Source of the DNA: a virus
Length of the DNA: 63,421 bases
Strand: one strand, 5' to 3'
IMG/VR virus record: IMGVR_UViG_3300043672_000009
Span: 1-63,421 of that record
The notes under the pieces are model-generated. The model ran no database searches. It saw only the letters and a program-made list of their open reading frames with translations, and was not told the DNA's origin. The translations under genes were made by a program, and so were the position numbers. Numbering within the stretch: position 1 is the stretch's first letter; each line of letters opens with the position of its first letter. This document shows positions 17,989-25,684 of this stretch, one piece after another.

Positions 17989-18488
17989 AGCGCGCCTACC
18001 TTGGCCGGTTTGAGCGCCGCGATGCGCTCATCCAACACGTCGCGCAGTTCGTTCATCAGGGTCTGCTGCCGAATCAAGCGGCGTTGCTCGGCGTACTGGA
18101 TGTCCAGAAACGCCTGCGTGTTGATGAACAGAGTGAGCTTGACGATTCGCTCGCGCAGTTCGTCGCGCTCTGCGATCACGCTCTGTTGGTTCGGCTGCAG
18201 GTTGGGCGTGGGCTGTGTGGTGGGCTCGGTCATGTTCAGGTGCTTTCGCAAGATGTTGAGCGCTTCGGTTTCTGGCAGGCCGGTAAGCCCTATGTCGCAC
18301 TTTGCGCGGAAGAGCCACAGTTCCCTGATTACCGAGGTGGCCCTCGGCCGTACCTCGTGGTCCATGGTGCATTCTTCAAGGTCTCTGAGTGCCTCGCCCA
18401 TCGCCAACTGCAGGCGTGACGCGTGGCGATCAATCTCGCTCCTGCACGTAAGGTCTTTCACCAGGGCCTCCAACTGGTCTTCGGTCAT
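17985..18488 (-). CDS. Hypothetical protein (~167 aa). The C-terminal helical domain resembles the small phage family annotated as crAss001_48-related.
   Basis: ATG 18488 in an ATGA overlap with the upstream stop. C-terminal pattern IAERDELRERIVKLTLFINTQAFLDIQYAEQRRLIRQQTLMNELRDVLDERIA. Confidence 0.6.
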   Translation of the reverse strand: MTEDQLEALVKDLTCRSEIDRHASRLQLAMGEALRDLEECTMDHEVRPRATSVIRELWLFRAKCDIGLTGLPETEALNILRKHLNMTEPTTQPTPNLQPNQQSVIAERDELRERIVKLTLFINTQAFLDIQYAEQRRLIRQQTLMNELRDVLDERIAALKPAKVGAL

Positions 18489-19279
18489 GCCGTCTTGCCT
18501 TTCTGGGCGCGCTTGCGCTCTCGGTCGATGATCCTGATGGCCTCGCGGCGCCGCTCCCGGTGGGCCGCCCGGCGCTCCGAGTTGGTCTTGCCGCGTGGTT
18601 TTGGCTCTGTAACGGCCCCGTTGGTCTCCGATTTCTCGGGGTTTGACCAATTCTCGGCCGATTCCGTAACGGACGCAACCGGATCGGACGGGGCGCCCAG
18701 CAGCGTGAGCATATCGGCCTGCAGGGCGGCCAGTTCGTCGGCCTCTGTCTGGCCCAGGCCGTCGCCTCCCACGCACGCCTTGGCCGTCAGGGTGCGCCAG
18801 CGCGCGATCTGCGCCTCTTGGTCGGCTGTGCGGGGCTGGTGGCGCTCCGGCTGGGGCGTGGCTGGCTCAGTGGCTTCAGCGGGAGCCGTGGGCGCGGCCT
18901 GGCTGGCCTCTTGCTGGATCATCCCGTCGCCCAGGGCTGCCGCAGACTCGCCAGCGGGCGGCGCCTTGCGTGGCCTGCGGGCCTTGCGCTGGGTGGCGGC
19001 TGGTGTTGGCACGGCCAGACCAACCTGCGCATCGGCCCATTCGTAGCCCATCCCGTCGCGCACCGGATGCGCCTTGGCATCGCTGGGCACCAGCACCACA
19101 TCCGCAGCCCCGCAGTGCGGCGCATGCAGCCTGCGGCACGCCTGGCAGCGCGTCAGGGCCACCATGGGCGGGCGGGCGCTTGGCAACCCAGGGCCACCCG
19201 AGAGGTTGCCAGCCAGCGTTAGTGCCTGCTTGCAGCCGATGGCAGCCGAATGGTCGATTCCGCATTTTGTGCACCGCAC
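18485..19279 (-). CDS. Cys-rich (zinc-ribbon-like) protein with a basic C-terminus (~264 aa); candidate regulator
   Basis: GTG 19279 with AAGGAGAG 5-6 nt upstream. CxxC pairs (RCTKCG, RCQACRRLHAPHCG). Arg/Lys-rich tail. Confidence 0.6.
   Translation of the reverse strand: MRCTKCGIDHSAAIGCKQALTLAGNLSGGPGLPSARPPMVALTRCQACRRLHAPHCGAADVVLVPSDAKAHPVRDGMGYEWADAQVGLAVPTPAATQRKARRPRKAPPAGESAAALGDGMIQQEASQAAPTAPAEATEPATPQPERHQPRTADQEAQIARWRTLTAKACVGGDGLGQTEADELAALQADMLTLLGAPSDPVASVTESAENWSNPEKSETNGAVTEPKPRGKTNSERRAAHRERRREAIRIIDRERKRAQKGKTA
19179..19212. promoter_or_regulatory. Everted motif pair CTTGGCAACC-N15-GGTTGCCAG inside the 5' end of the Cys-rich gene
   Basis: Read directly. Confidence 0.5.
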
Positions 19280-19293
19280 TATTTCTCTCCTTT

Positions 19294-19364
19294 GGTTGCC
19301 AGAATGCGCACCATTGTGGTGATTAATGAGGTCTGGCAACCCTCGATTTTTGGCTTTGGCAACC
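19294..19364 (-). promoter_or_regulatory. Cluster B: GGTTGCCAG (19294-19302), CTGGCAACCC (19333-19342), TTTGGCAACC (19355-19364) in the divergent control region
   Basis: Same direct-direct-inverted arrangement (read on the minus strand) as cluster A. The innermost copy abuts the RBS of the 19279 gene. Confidence 0.6.
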
Positions 19365-19469
19365 ATTCTTGACTGTATCCGCTATCTCCGCGCCCCGATA
19401 CCGCTGTCTGGCCGTCAACCATGCCTCTTACCGTTCGTCGGAAAGTGTTGTGCACGTGTGAAATGCATC

Positions 19470-19497
19470 TTGCATCGCTACGTTTCGCACCTATACT
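19470..19497 (+). promoter_or_regulatory. Sigma70-like early promoter TTGCAT-N16-TATACT
   Basis: Read directly. The -10 ends 6 nt before ATG 19504. Confidence 0.45.
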
Positions 19498-19548
19498 ATT
19501 CTCATGCATCCGGCGCTGGGCTGGCTGCGAGACCAGATGGAGAGCGAC

Positions 19549-19761
19549 ATGAACAAGGGCGAGCAGCGCGAAGTGCAGAAGATCCGGGCCTTGGTGTCCG
19601 CTGGCGAAATGGACATGGCCGCTCGCTCGATGGCCCCGCTGCTCAGGGCGGCCTCTGTGCGGAACCGCGATGAGTTGCTTGGCGTGGCCAACGAGCTCAA
19701 GATCCGCAACCACCTGCGCGCCTTGAATGGCACCTACGTGGCGAACGGCGAAGCCTGCTGA
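19549..19761 (+). CDS. Early small protein (70 aa from ATG 19549; 85 aa if leaderless from 19504)
   Basis: GGAGAG lies 4 nt upstream of ATG 19549. The ORF track starts at 19504. Confidence 0.55.
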   Translation: MNKGEQREVQKIRALVSAGEMDMAARSMAPLLRAASVRNRDELLGVANELKIRNHLRALNGTYVANGEAC

Positions 19762-19812
19762 CCACCCCGCGCCCTACGGGGCGCCTCGCAACCACACCAC
19801 GGAGTTCCATCC

Positions 19813-20025
19813 GTGCCGGCCACCATCACCCACGACAGCGACCTGCGCCGCCATCTGATGATCGAGGCCCGCGCCCGTGCAATCGAGCAGGCCGGCCCCC
19901 AGGCGCACACCCAGGCGCCGCGTGAGCCGATCCCGGCGCGCATGCCGCTGCTGCTGCCCAAGCACAGCGTGTTGGAGATCTGGCACACGGCCACCGGCTG
20001 GACCATGCGGAAGGTGGTGTTGTGA
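19813..20025 (+). CDS. Early small protein (70 aa)
   Basis: GTG start with GGAG 9 nt upstream. Confidence 0.5.
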   Translation: MPATITHDSDLRRHLMIEARARAIEQAGPQAHTQAPREPIPARMPLLLPKHSVLEIWHTATGWTMRKVVL

Positions 20026-20252
20026 GCGTCCGCACGGTGGTTGTTTTCCCCAACTCAGTTGGGGCAATCAGCGGGGTGTCGTACGTTGAGATAGGCATGC
20101 GGCACGACGGGCACAAGGGCGTGCGTCTGCTTCGCTCCGCGTTCAAGGATTCAGAATTGCAGGACGAAAACGGGCTGGCGTGGCGCGCGGCCGAACTGAT
20201 GGCGCAGTCGCTGCGGCTGCCCGCAATCAACGCAACCGCCCCTCGGGGCTAA
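20022..20252 (+). CDS. Early small protein (76 aa)
   Basis: GTGA overlap coupling with the previous ORF. Confidence 0.5.
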   Translation: MSVRTVVVFPNSVGAISGVSYVEIGMRHDGHKGVRLLRSAFKDSELQDENGLAWRAAELMAQSLRLPAINATAPRG

Positions 20253-20262
20253 GGAGATAAGC

Positions 20263-20475
20263 ATGGAAGGCTTCACCGAAGTCACGTGGGAGCAGTTTTT
20301 TGCCGCTGTCGGTCCGCGCGACGTGCACCCCCGCGCTGAGCGCGAGCGAAGTCTGTGGATGGATGTCAAGACACACGATGTGATCGGCATCACGACACCC
20401 GGCTACGCCAACGGCTGGACGCCGTCCGGCAAAGCGCCGGACGTCTACATGCTCCGCGCCAGCCTGCTCGTTTGA
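20263..20475 (+). CDS. Early small protein (70 aa)
   Basis: ORF track. AAGGAG lies upstream at ~20251. Confidence 0.55.
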   Translation: MEGFTEVTWEQFFAAVGPRDVHPRAERERSLWMDVKTHDVIGITTPGYANGWTPSGKAPDVYMLRASLLV

Positions 20476-20557
20476 ATCCAGCGGCATCCCTGGGTGGGAT
20501 GCCAGTGCAGTCGCACACCGCGCCCGGCGGCCACCGGGCAGACATTGGAGCATCACT

Positions 20558-20941
20558 ATGCGCATCAAACTTCTCGCCTCGGCAGCCGTGATCCTTGGCG
20601 CCTGCGGCTGCACCAGCGATGCCGACATCGCATCGCACAACCTCTCTCGGGCCGCCGATCAGTTCGAGGTGTCGCGCCGCATCGTGTTTTACAACGGCAT
20701 CACGGGCGACTACATGCTGACGATTGAGGGCCTGTGCTCGCTGGGGAACGCCGACAAGCCGCGCGAGGTGTCCGTGACGTGCAAGGTCGGGCCTGGCGCC
20801 TACAAAAAGCACTTCCTGGGCCTGTCCGACAACGTGACGTTTTTCCTTGAGCAGGTGGAGCCGGTGGCCGCCAGCCCGTACCACTACCGCGTGGTCTTCA
20901 AGCCGCTCGCCATCATCCCGGACATCGACATCCGCAAGTGA
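20558..20941 (+). CDS. Lipoprotein (127 aa), moron-like
   Basis: Signal peptide with lipobox MRIKLLASAAVILGAC. The gene is bracketed by stem-loops at 20483-20503 and 20968-20987. Confidence 0.8.
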   Translation: MRIKLLASAAVILGACGCTSDADIASHNLSRAADQFEVSRRIVFYNGITGDYMLTIEGLCSLGNADKPREVSVTCKVGPGAYKKHFLGLSDNVTFFLEQVEPVAASPYHYRVVFKPLAIIPDIDIRK

Positions 20942-21021
20942 CCTGATTTCGGAGTCGCACCGGGGCGGCGCCGCTGGGAGGCGGCGCGTAAGTCCCCACC
21001 ACCCGCCACCTGGAGCCGATC

Positions 21022-21231
21022 ATGACCACAACCCTGCACGTGCAGCCCGAAGACAACCTCGCGGCACAGGCGCTTGAATTCGCGCTTGACCAGATATTCC
21101 TGCGCGCCAACGCGTCGCGCCTGGAGTGGTGGGTGACATCCGCAGGCACGGTGCCGGTGGAGATCACCCGGCAGCCGAACTGGACCAACGACGTGCGCCA
21201 AGTGCCGCGCATCGTGCTGTGGATTGCGTGA
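21022..21231 (+). CDS. Early small protein (69 aa)
   Basis: ORF track. Confidence 0.5.
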   Translation: MTTTLHVQPEDNLAAQALEFALDQIFLRANASRLEWWVTSAGTVPVEITRQPNWTNDVRQVPRIVLWIA

Positions 21232-21425
21232 TGGGCGCCGATCTGCGCCAGCAGTACCAGGATGCTTACGTCGAGTGGATGGACGACAGCCAGTCGGCGG
21301 GCGATCTGGAAGAGCGGCTGGCGGCGGCCCTGAAGCTGCATGCCACGCTCGCGGCTTTGACTGCGGCCGGCCTGACGCGGGCGCAGGTGGCCGAGGTGCA
21401 TGCCGAGTACGTCGATTTTCTTTGA
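21231..21425 (+). CDS. Early small acidic protein (64 aa)
   Basis: TGATG coupling to the previous ORF. Confidence 0.5.
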   Translation: MGADLRQQYQDAYVEWMDDSQSAGDLEERLAAALKLHATLAALTAAGLTRAQVAEVHAEYVDFL

Positions 21426-21439
21426 CTGGATCTAGAAGC

Positions 21440-21715
21440 ATGAACACCTGCAAAACCTGCAAAACCTGCAAGCACTGGCAAGAGCCAGAAAAGAGCGACA
21501 CATGGCACCCGAGGCACATGTGCGTGCCGATCGATCCAGACACTTTCAAACCAATGGATCGTGGCTTTGAGGTGCGGCTGTGCAAGATGCCAACGCAGAC
21601 CCTCTTCGAAGCTCCCGTTGAGCGCAACGGATTTGGTCTTACAGATGGAAGCGATTACATGGCCGTGATGGCGACCGCCGAAGATTTCGGATGCGTGCGC
21701 CACGAAACCACTTAA
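21440..21715 (+). CDS. Cys-rich small protein (91 aa)
   Basis: MNTCKTCKTCKHW... (9-bp x2 tandem caaaacctg), ending in ...FGCVRHE. Confidence 0.55.
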   Translation: MNTCKTCKTCKHWQEPEKSDTWHPRHMCVPIDPDTFKPMDRGFEVRLCKMPTQTLFEAPVERNGFGLTDGSDYMAVMATAEDFGCVRHETT

Positions 21716-21730
21716 CCACCGGAGAACCGC

Positions 21731-21988
21731 TTGACCCCATTGCCCGACGAACTGGCCCGCACCATCATCAACCAGGCCGAACAGCTCGGCGCCTACATGG
21801 TCCCGATGATCACGCTTTGTGAATCCCAACTCACGGGCCCGCAGGAGCGGCTGGTGTTCTGGGCTGGGCTCATGGCGTACCTCGGTGGCTTTGCAGCCTC
21901 CGAGCTGGGCAATGAGGCCCTGTACGCCATCTCCGCGATGACTGACAAGCTCACCAACCGTGTCATAGGCGAGAAAACAGCCCACTGA
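21731..21988 (+). CDS. Early small protein (85 aa, TTG start)
   Basis: ORF track. GGAGAA lies upstream. Confidence 0.45.
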   Translation: MTPLPDELARTIINQAEQLGAYMVPMITLCESQLTGPQERLVFWAGLMAYLGGFAASELGNEALYAISAMTDKLTNRVIGEKTAH

Positions 21989-22022
21989 CCACCCAACCAG
22001 CCCCACCAGCAAGGAGAACGCC

Positions 22023-22580
22023 ATGACCCGCAAAATCACCAACGGTGACCAGATCTACCGCGAACGCTGCACCGTCGAGATGTGGCAGCGCCAACATGCC
22101 CGGCGCGACGGCATGAACCCCAGCACCTGGGCGTACCCGGGCGAGCACCACCAGTGCCCAGATCGCGGCGCCCGTTGGGTGTGGTTGGCCGTCGTGATCG
22201 TGTGCACCCTGCTGGCGATCGGGATTGCCACGGGCGCGAAGGCGCAGACGGTGGGCGTGAACGTCGCCACGGCGCACACCGAGAGTGGCTACCGCTCCGA
22301 CACGCTGGGCGTGTACTACCGGGCCGCCAGCGGGCTCGGGGGTGGCGTCCTGCGCAACAGCTACGGCCGCACATCGGTGCACCTGTCGCAGACGTGGGGG
22401 CTGGGGAGTGCTGGCCCCGTGGTCTTCAGCGGCACGGCCGGCGGCATCACCGGGTACGAGTGGGCGCCCGTGATCCCGCTGGTGGCGCTGTCGGCGCGGG
22501 TTGGTCACCACGCACTGCACCTGCTTCCGAATCCGCGGGGGGCCAGCGCGATCAACTATGCACTGGAGTTCCCATGGTGA
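22023..22580 (+). CDS. Small outer-membrane beta-barrel-like protein with an internal signal peptide (185 aa as listed)
   Basis: WLAVVIVCTLLAIGIATGAKA-QT signal-like segment, alternating beta pattern, and an aromatic C-terminus ALEFPW. Confidence 0.6.
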   Translation: MTRKITNGDQIYRERCTVEMWQRQHARRDGMNPSTWAYPGEHHQCPDRGARWVWLAVVIVCTLLAIGIATGAKAQTVGVNVATAHTESGYRSDTLGVYYRAASGLGGGVLRNSYGRTSVHLSQTWGLGSAGPVVFSGTAGGITGYEWAPVIPLVALSARVGHHALHLLPNPRGASAINYALEFPW

Positions 22581-22780
22581 GAACCGCAAAGGGGGCGAAA
22601 ACCGCAAAGGCTGTGAAGCGCGCTGGGCGGCCCAAGATCGGCCGGCGCGTGCAGATCATCCTCAGCCCCGCCCATGAGGCGTATGCGGCCACGCAGGGCA
22701 AAGACATGTCTGATGGGGTGAGGGCTTGCCTGGACCGCTGCATGCGGACCGACATGCGCAAGCCGATCGTGTTCGGGTAG
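22574..22780 (+). CDS. Ribbon-helix-helix-like small basic protein (68 aa), last gene of the early operon
   Basis: Basic N-terminal tail followed by RVQIILSPAHEAYAATQGKDMSDGVRACLDRCM (strand-helix-helix pattern). Confidence 0.5.
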   Translation: MVRTAKGAKTAKAVKRAGRPKIGRRVQIILSPAHEAYAATQGKDMSDGVRACLDRCMRTDMRKPIVFG

Positions 22781-22785
22781 CCGAG

Positions 22786-22844
22786 GTGCCCACAAAGGCC
22801 GAAGCCCTCTCAGGTTCGCGACGCTGACAGGGCTTCGGTGGCAC
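22786..22844. terminator. Long stem-loop at the convergence of the early (+) and lysis (-) operons
   Basis: CCGAAGCCCT (22799-22808) pairs with AGGGCTTCGG (22829-22838). Outer pair GTGCC/GGCAC. No U tract. Confidence 0.4.
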
Positions 22845-22917
22845 ACGGGACGCCCGCTTTCCTGCGTCCTGACGATTTTAGGGTTCGTGCAATTGCCATG
22901 CCAGGATTATGGCACGA

Positions 22918-23331
22918 TCAATGCTTTGTGACAGGCCACGTGCCGCCGGCCCGCTCGATGGCCTCTTTGGCGGCACCCGGCTTCAACACATGTGGCGCCG
23001 CACCGTCTGCCAGGGCCTCCACAATGCGTCGCGCATTGCCATCGGCAACCTCGCGCTCGATGGCCTCCACTTCGCGTCGGTCGATGACCCTGAACGTCAA
23101 AGAGCCATTCGGGTTGTCCAGTTGGTCAAGCACAGGGGCGCTGCCAGTGAAGTCTGCAGCGATGGCGTCCATGTCGGCCTGCGTGATGGTGACAGGCTCC
23201 CGCCCGACCAGCTTGTGCAACAGGATCAGGGTGTACTTCTGTTCCTGCATCGCCTCGTCGTGCCCGTCGATCTGAACTTCGGTTTGCTCCTGCTTGGATT
23301 CCATAACGCTCTCCGGTGATTGGGCCGCCAT
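22918..23331 (-). CDS. Hypothetical protein (137 aa; the start may be 23304)
   Basis: ORF track. Last gene of the leftward operon. Confidence 0.55.
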   Translation of the reverse strand: MAAQSPESVMESKQEQTEVQIDGHDEAMQEQKYTLILLHKLVGREPVTITQADMDAIAADFTGSAPVLDQLDNPNGSLTFRVIDRREVEAIEREVADGNARRIVEALADGAAPHVLKPGAAKEAIERAGGTWPVTKH

Positions 23332-23332
23332 C

Positions 23333-23605
23333 CTACCGCGGCCACGTCTGGATGACGGCGCGGCCTTGGGCGTCGCAGATGACCAGCGCGGCCCGGGTGC
23401 CCACCAGAAGCTCCACCGCCTGGCCGGCAGTCACTTCACCGCCTGGGATCGGTGGCGCCTGATCCAGGCACGGGCGCCACACCGGGGCGGGCTCCAACAC
23501 CCGCAGCGGCATCGATGGCCCGCAGGCGCTCAGCGAGCCCAGGCAGAACAGCATCGCGCACGTCGCCAGTTGCCGGGCATGGGATTGGTTGGGGTGGTGG
23601 TGCAT
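23333..23605 (-). CDS. o-spanin (Rz1-like lipoprotein, ~90 aa)
   Basis: Lipobox LGSLSAC. Pro-rich mature part. Its start lies inside the i-spanin gene in another frame. Confidence 0.75.
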   Translation of the reverse strand: MHHHPNQSHARQLATCAMLFCLGSLSACGPSMPLRVLEPAPVWRPCLDQAPPIPGGEVTAGQAVELLVGTRAALVICDAQGRAVIQTWPR

Positions 23606-23828
23606 TGGGCCTCCGTAGCGCGGCCTGCACCGCTGATTGAACGCCGGCCAGGGCTTGGTCAGCGGCGGCCCGGCGTTCCATGCTGCGCTCCATTTGGGCC
23701 ACCACGGCGCGGGCTTGGTCGGATTGTTCTCTACCGGCGCGCGCGTCCCGCCAGTCCCACCCAAGCCAAGCTCCACCCAGGAAAGCGCCGATGATGATGA
23801 AGCCGGCGCCTACTTGGGTTGGTGTCAT
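23436..23828 (-). CDS. i-spanin (Rz-like, ~130 aa)
   Basis: N-terminal TM segment (VGAGFIIIGAFLGGAWLGW) followed by a charged helical periplasmic domain. Overlaps the o-spanin. Confidence 0.75.
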   Translation of the reverse strand: MTPTQVGAGFIIIGAFLGGAWLGWDWRDARAGREQSDQARAVVAQMERSMERRAAADQALAGVQSAVQAALRRPNAPPPQPIPCPATGDVRDAVLPGLAERLRAIDAAAGVGARPGVAPVPGSGATDPRR

Positions 23829-24046
23829 ACCGCGGCCAACTGGTGGCATGCGGAGATACGTTCGCCAAGGGCCTCGGCGTAGTTCTGCATGGCTCTGAAC
23901 TGTCTCTCCAGCCTGGCCTGCTCTGCCAGATCAAGATCCGGAAAGCCCATCCATCGAAAAAACTTGCTCATATCTCCAAGATCTTCACCAAGGCACCGCA
24001 GTTGTTCGGTCATGCGGTGCAGGTCTGTTTGCGTTGCAGGTGACAT
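23825..24046 (-). CDS. Small protein between endolysin and spanins (73 aa)
   Basis: Overlap-coupled at both ends. Confidence 0.5.
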   Translation of the reverse strand: MSPATQTDLHRMTEQLRCLGEDLGDMSKFFRWMGFPDLDLAEQARLERQFRAMQNYAEALGERISACHQLAAV

Positions 24047-24543
24047 CACGAATCGACCCCTCGCTGCACCCAGTCCGCGGCCCGCGCGTAGTTTTCGTCC
24101 CACGTCTCGGGGCGCGGCTTACCGGGTCGCCATGTGCGCAGGTAGCACAGCCAGCTCTCGGGCGTGACGTGCCCGGGATTGGCCTCAACAAGCACATGAG
24201 GGTCCGTCCACAGCAGGAGCCGCGCGAAGGCCGCCGCCAGCACGTCGTCAGTCTGCAGGGCCTCCCACACGTCCTGCGCCACGGGCGGTACGGAGTGGGC
24301 ATCGCACACCTTGGTGGCGGCGATGGCCGTGGCCGGGTGCTTCAGTACGCCACGCACACCGCCATCGCGCTCGAATTGCCAGAAACCACGGGCCGGGCCG
24401 GCGAAGTGTTGGGTGCGGAACCTGAAGCCGGATTCTTGCAGGCCGATGGCCAGCATCATGATGCGGGCGTTGTCGGACTCCATCACTTGCGGCAGGAGCT
24501 TCAGCGCCGGCAGGATCATGGTTTGGTCGATCTGGTGCAGCAT
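24046..24543 (-). CDS. Endolysin, lysozyme/transglycosylase-like (165 aa)
   Basis: AIGLQESGFRFRTQ and GFWQFE motifs. Located between the holin-type genes and the spanins. Confidence 0.65.
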   Translation of the reverse strand: MLHQIDQTMILPALKLLPQVMESDNARIMMLAIGLQESGFRFRTQHFAGPARGFWQFERDGGVRGVLKHPATAIAATKVCDAHSVPPVAQDVWEALQTDDVLAAAFARLLLWTDPHVLVEANPGHVTPESWLCYLRTWRPGKPRPETWDENYARAADWVQRGVDS

Positions 24544-24800
24544 CAGCGCTTCCCCCAAGGGTGCCGGTGGCGCATCGTCCATGGCGGCCTGCCGCAGCGG
24601 CGCCAATGCATCCACTCGCCCACCGCTACTGCGGCTAGGCCCGCGCCGAGGATCCACTCCCGGGTGCCCGCACCGGTGCCGGCGATCATCGCGATGCCGG
24701 CCACGGCCACGCCGAACAACCCCACGGTGCTGACCACGCCCGTCAGGATGCTCGACGATAGCGCCGGCACCAGGGCCGCACCCAGCAGCAACCACCCCAT
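24543..24800 (-). CDS. Small membrane protein (85 aa), holin/antiholin-like
   Basis: Two to three hydrophobic segments (MGWLLLGAALVPALSSSILTGVVSTVGLFGVAVAGIAMIAG...). Confidence 0.6.
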   Translation of the reverse strand: MGWLLLGAALVPALSSSILTGVVSTVGLFGVAVAGIAMIAGTGAGTREWILGAGLAAVAVGEWMHWRRCGRPPWTMRHRHPWGKR

Positions 24801-24811
24801 CGTCTCAACGC

Positions 24812-25144
24812 TCACTTGCCGCCCCCGCGAAACACGTTCAGCAGGCGCGTCAGCACGTCGATGATGGGCGTCTCCTGCAAGTACCGGATGCAACCGTCCA
24901 CCGCGACAAGGCCAAAGGCCCCGGTGGCGCCCACCACGCCCGCGAACGCGTGCGGCGTGTCCAGCATGCCCAGGGATCCGGCGATGGCTGGCCCGAACAG
25001 GATTGCGCAGGCCCAGCCCCCAAAGAGGTTGCAGGCCCGCAGCCACCATGATGCGCCGCTCATGGCCCGCAGCCCGATGATGCTGCCGAGCAGGCCGGAG
25101 ATGAACGGGTTGGCGAGCAGCGCCTCGGGCTTGAAATCACTCAC
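24812..25144 (-). CDS. Holin-like membrane protein (110 aa)
   Basis: Three hydrophobic segments and a charged C-terminus. Adjacent to the endolysin. Confidence 0.65.
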   Translation of the reverse strand: MSDFKPEALLANPFISGLLGSIIGLRAMSGASWWLRACNLFGGWACAILFGPAIAGSLGMLDTPHAFAGVVGATGAFGLVAVDGCIRYLQETPIIDVLTRLLNVFRGGGK

Positions 25145-25517
25145 GGATTCCCCATACGCTGGCCAGGAACACCAGGAACGCGGAGAAGCCGATGGCTGCC
25201 AGCGGGAGCCTGAGCATTTCGCCCAGCCAGCCAGACCACTGCGCAGGTATCACGCGCGGGTCGCCGACCAAGCCGGCAATGGCTGTCATGGATCCCTCGG
25301 CGGCGCCGAATGCGAAGATTCCGACCAAGGCCGTACGCTTCTTGCACCGCTTCATGAGCATCAGCGTGCCGGCCAGCGCGAGCCCGTACAACCAGGCGAT
25401 GTGCATGCCGTCGGCAACGTAGTGAGCCAGTGGGCGCACGGCCTCAGATGGGAATAGGTGCTCGCCGTACGTCAGGGCCAGCATGACGATTCCCATGGCC
25501 ACGATCAGCCACGTCAT
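25137..25517 (-). CDS. Polytopic membrane protein (~126 aa)
   Basis: ATG 25517. About four hydrophobic segments. Confidence 0.6.
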   Translation of the reverse strand: MTWLIVAMGIVMLALTYGEHLFPSEAVRPLAHYVADGMHIAWLYGLALAGTLMLMKRCKKRTALVGIFAFGAAEGSMTAIAGLVGDPRVIPAQWSGWLGEMLRLPLAAIGFSAFLVFLASVWGIRE

Positions 25518-25663
25518 TGCGGCTTGATCGGCCCGGACCCGCCGCCACCCATCACCCGGTACGCCTCGGACCGCAGCGACCCTTCGGGGGCCTGTGCGCA
25601 GGTATGCAGCGCCCACCGGTACACGGCCACAGCCGCAGCGAATCCAAGTCCGAAGGTCAGCAT
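25514..25663 (-). CDS. Small membrane protein (49 aa)
   Basis: MLTFGLGFAAAVAVYRWAL... AAGGAG lies upstream. ATGA coupling downstream. Confidence 0.45.
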   Translation of the reverse strand: MLTFGLGFAAAVAVYRWALHTCAQAPEGSLRSEAYRVMGGGGSGPIKPQ

Positions 25664-25684
25664 GCCGTGCTCCTTTGCGCGCCG

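Noticed and set aside
22786-22844. Possible tRNA (GGTTCGCGA resembles a T-loop) in the convergent gap, and likewise in 33449-33968
   Set aside because: No cloverleaf can be drawn. The sequence forms one long hairpin, and no acceptor or anticodon stems are consistent.
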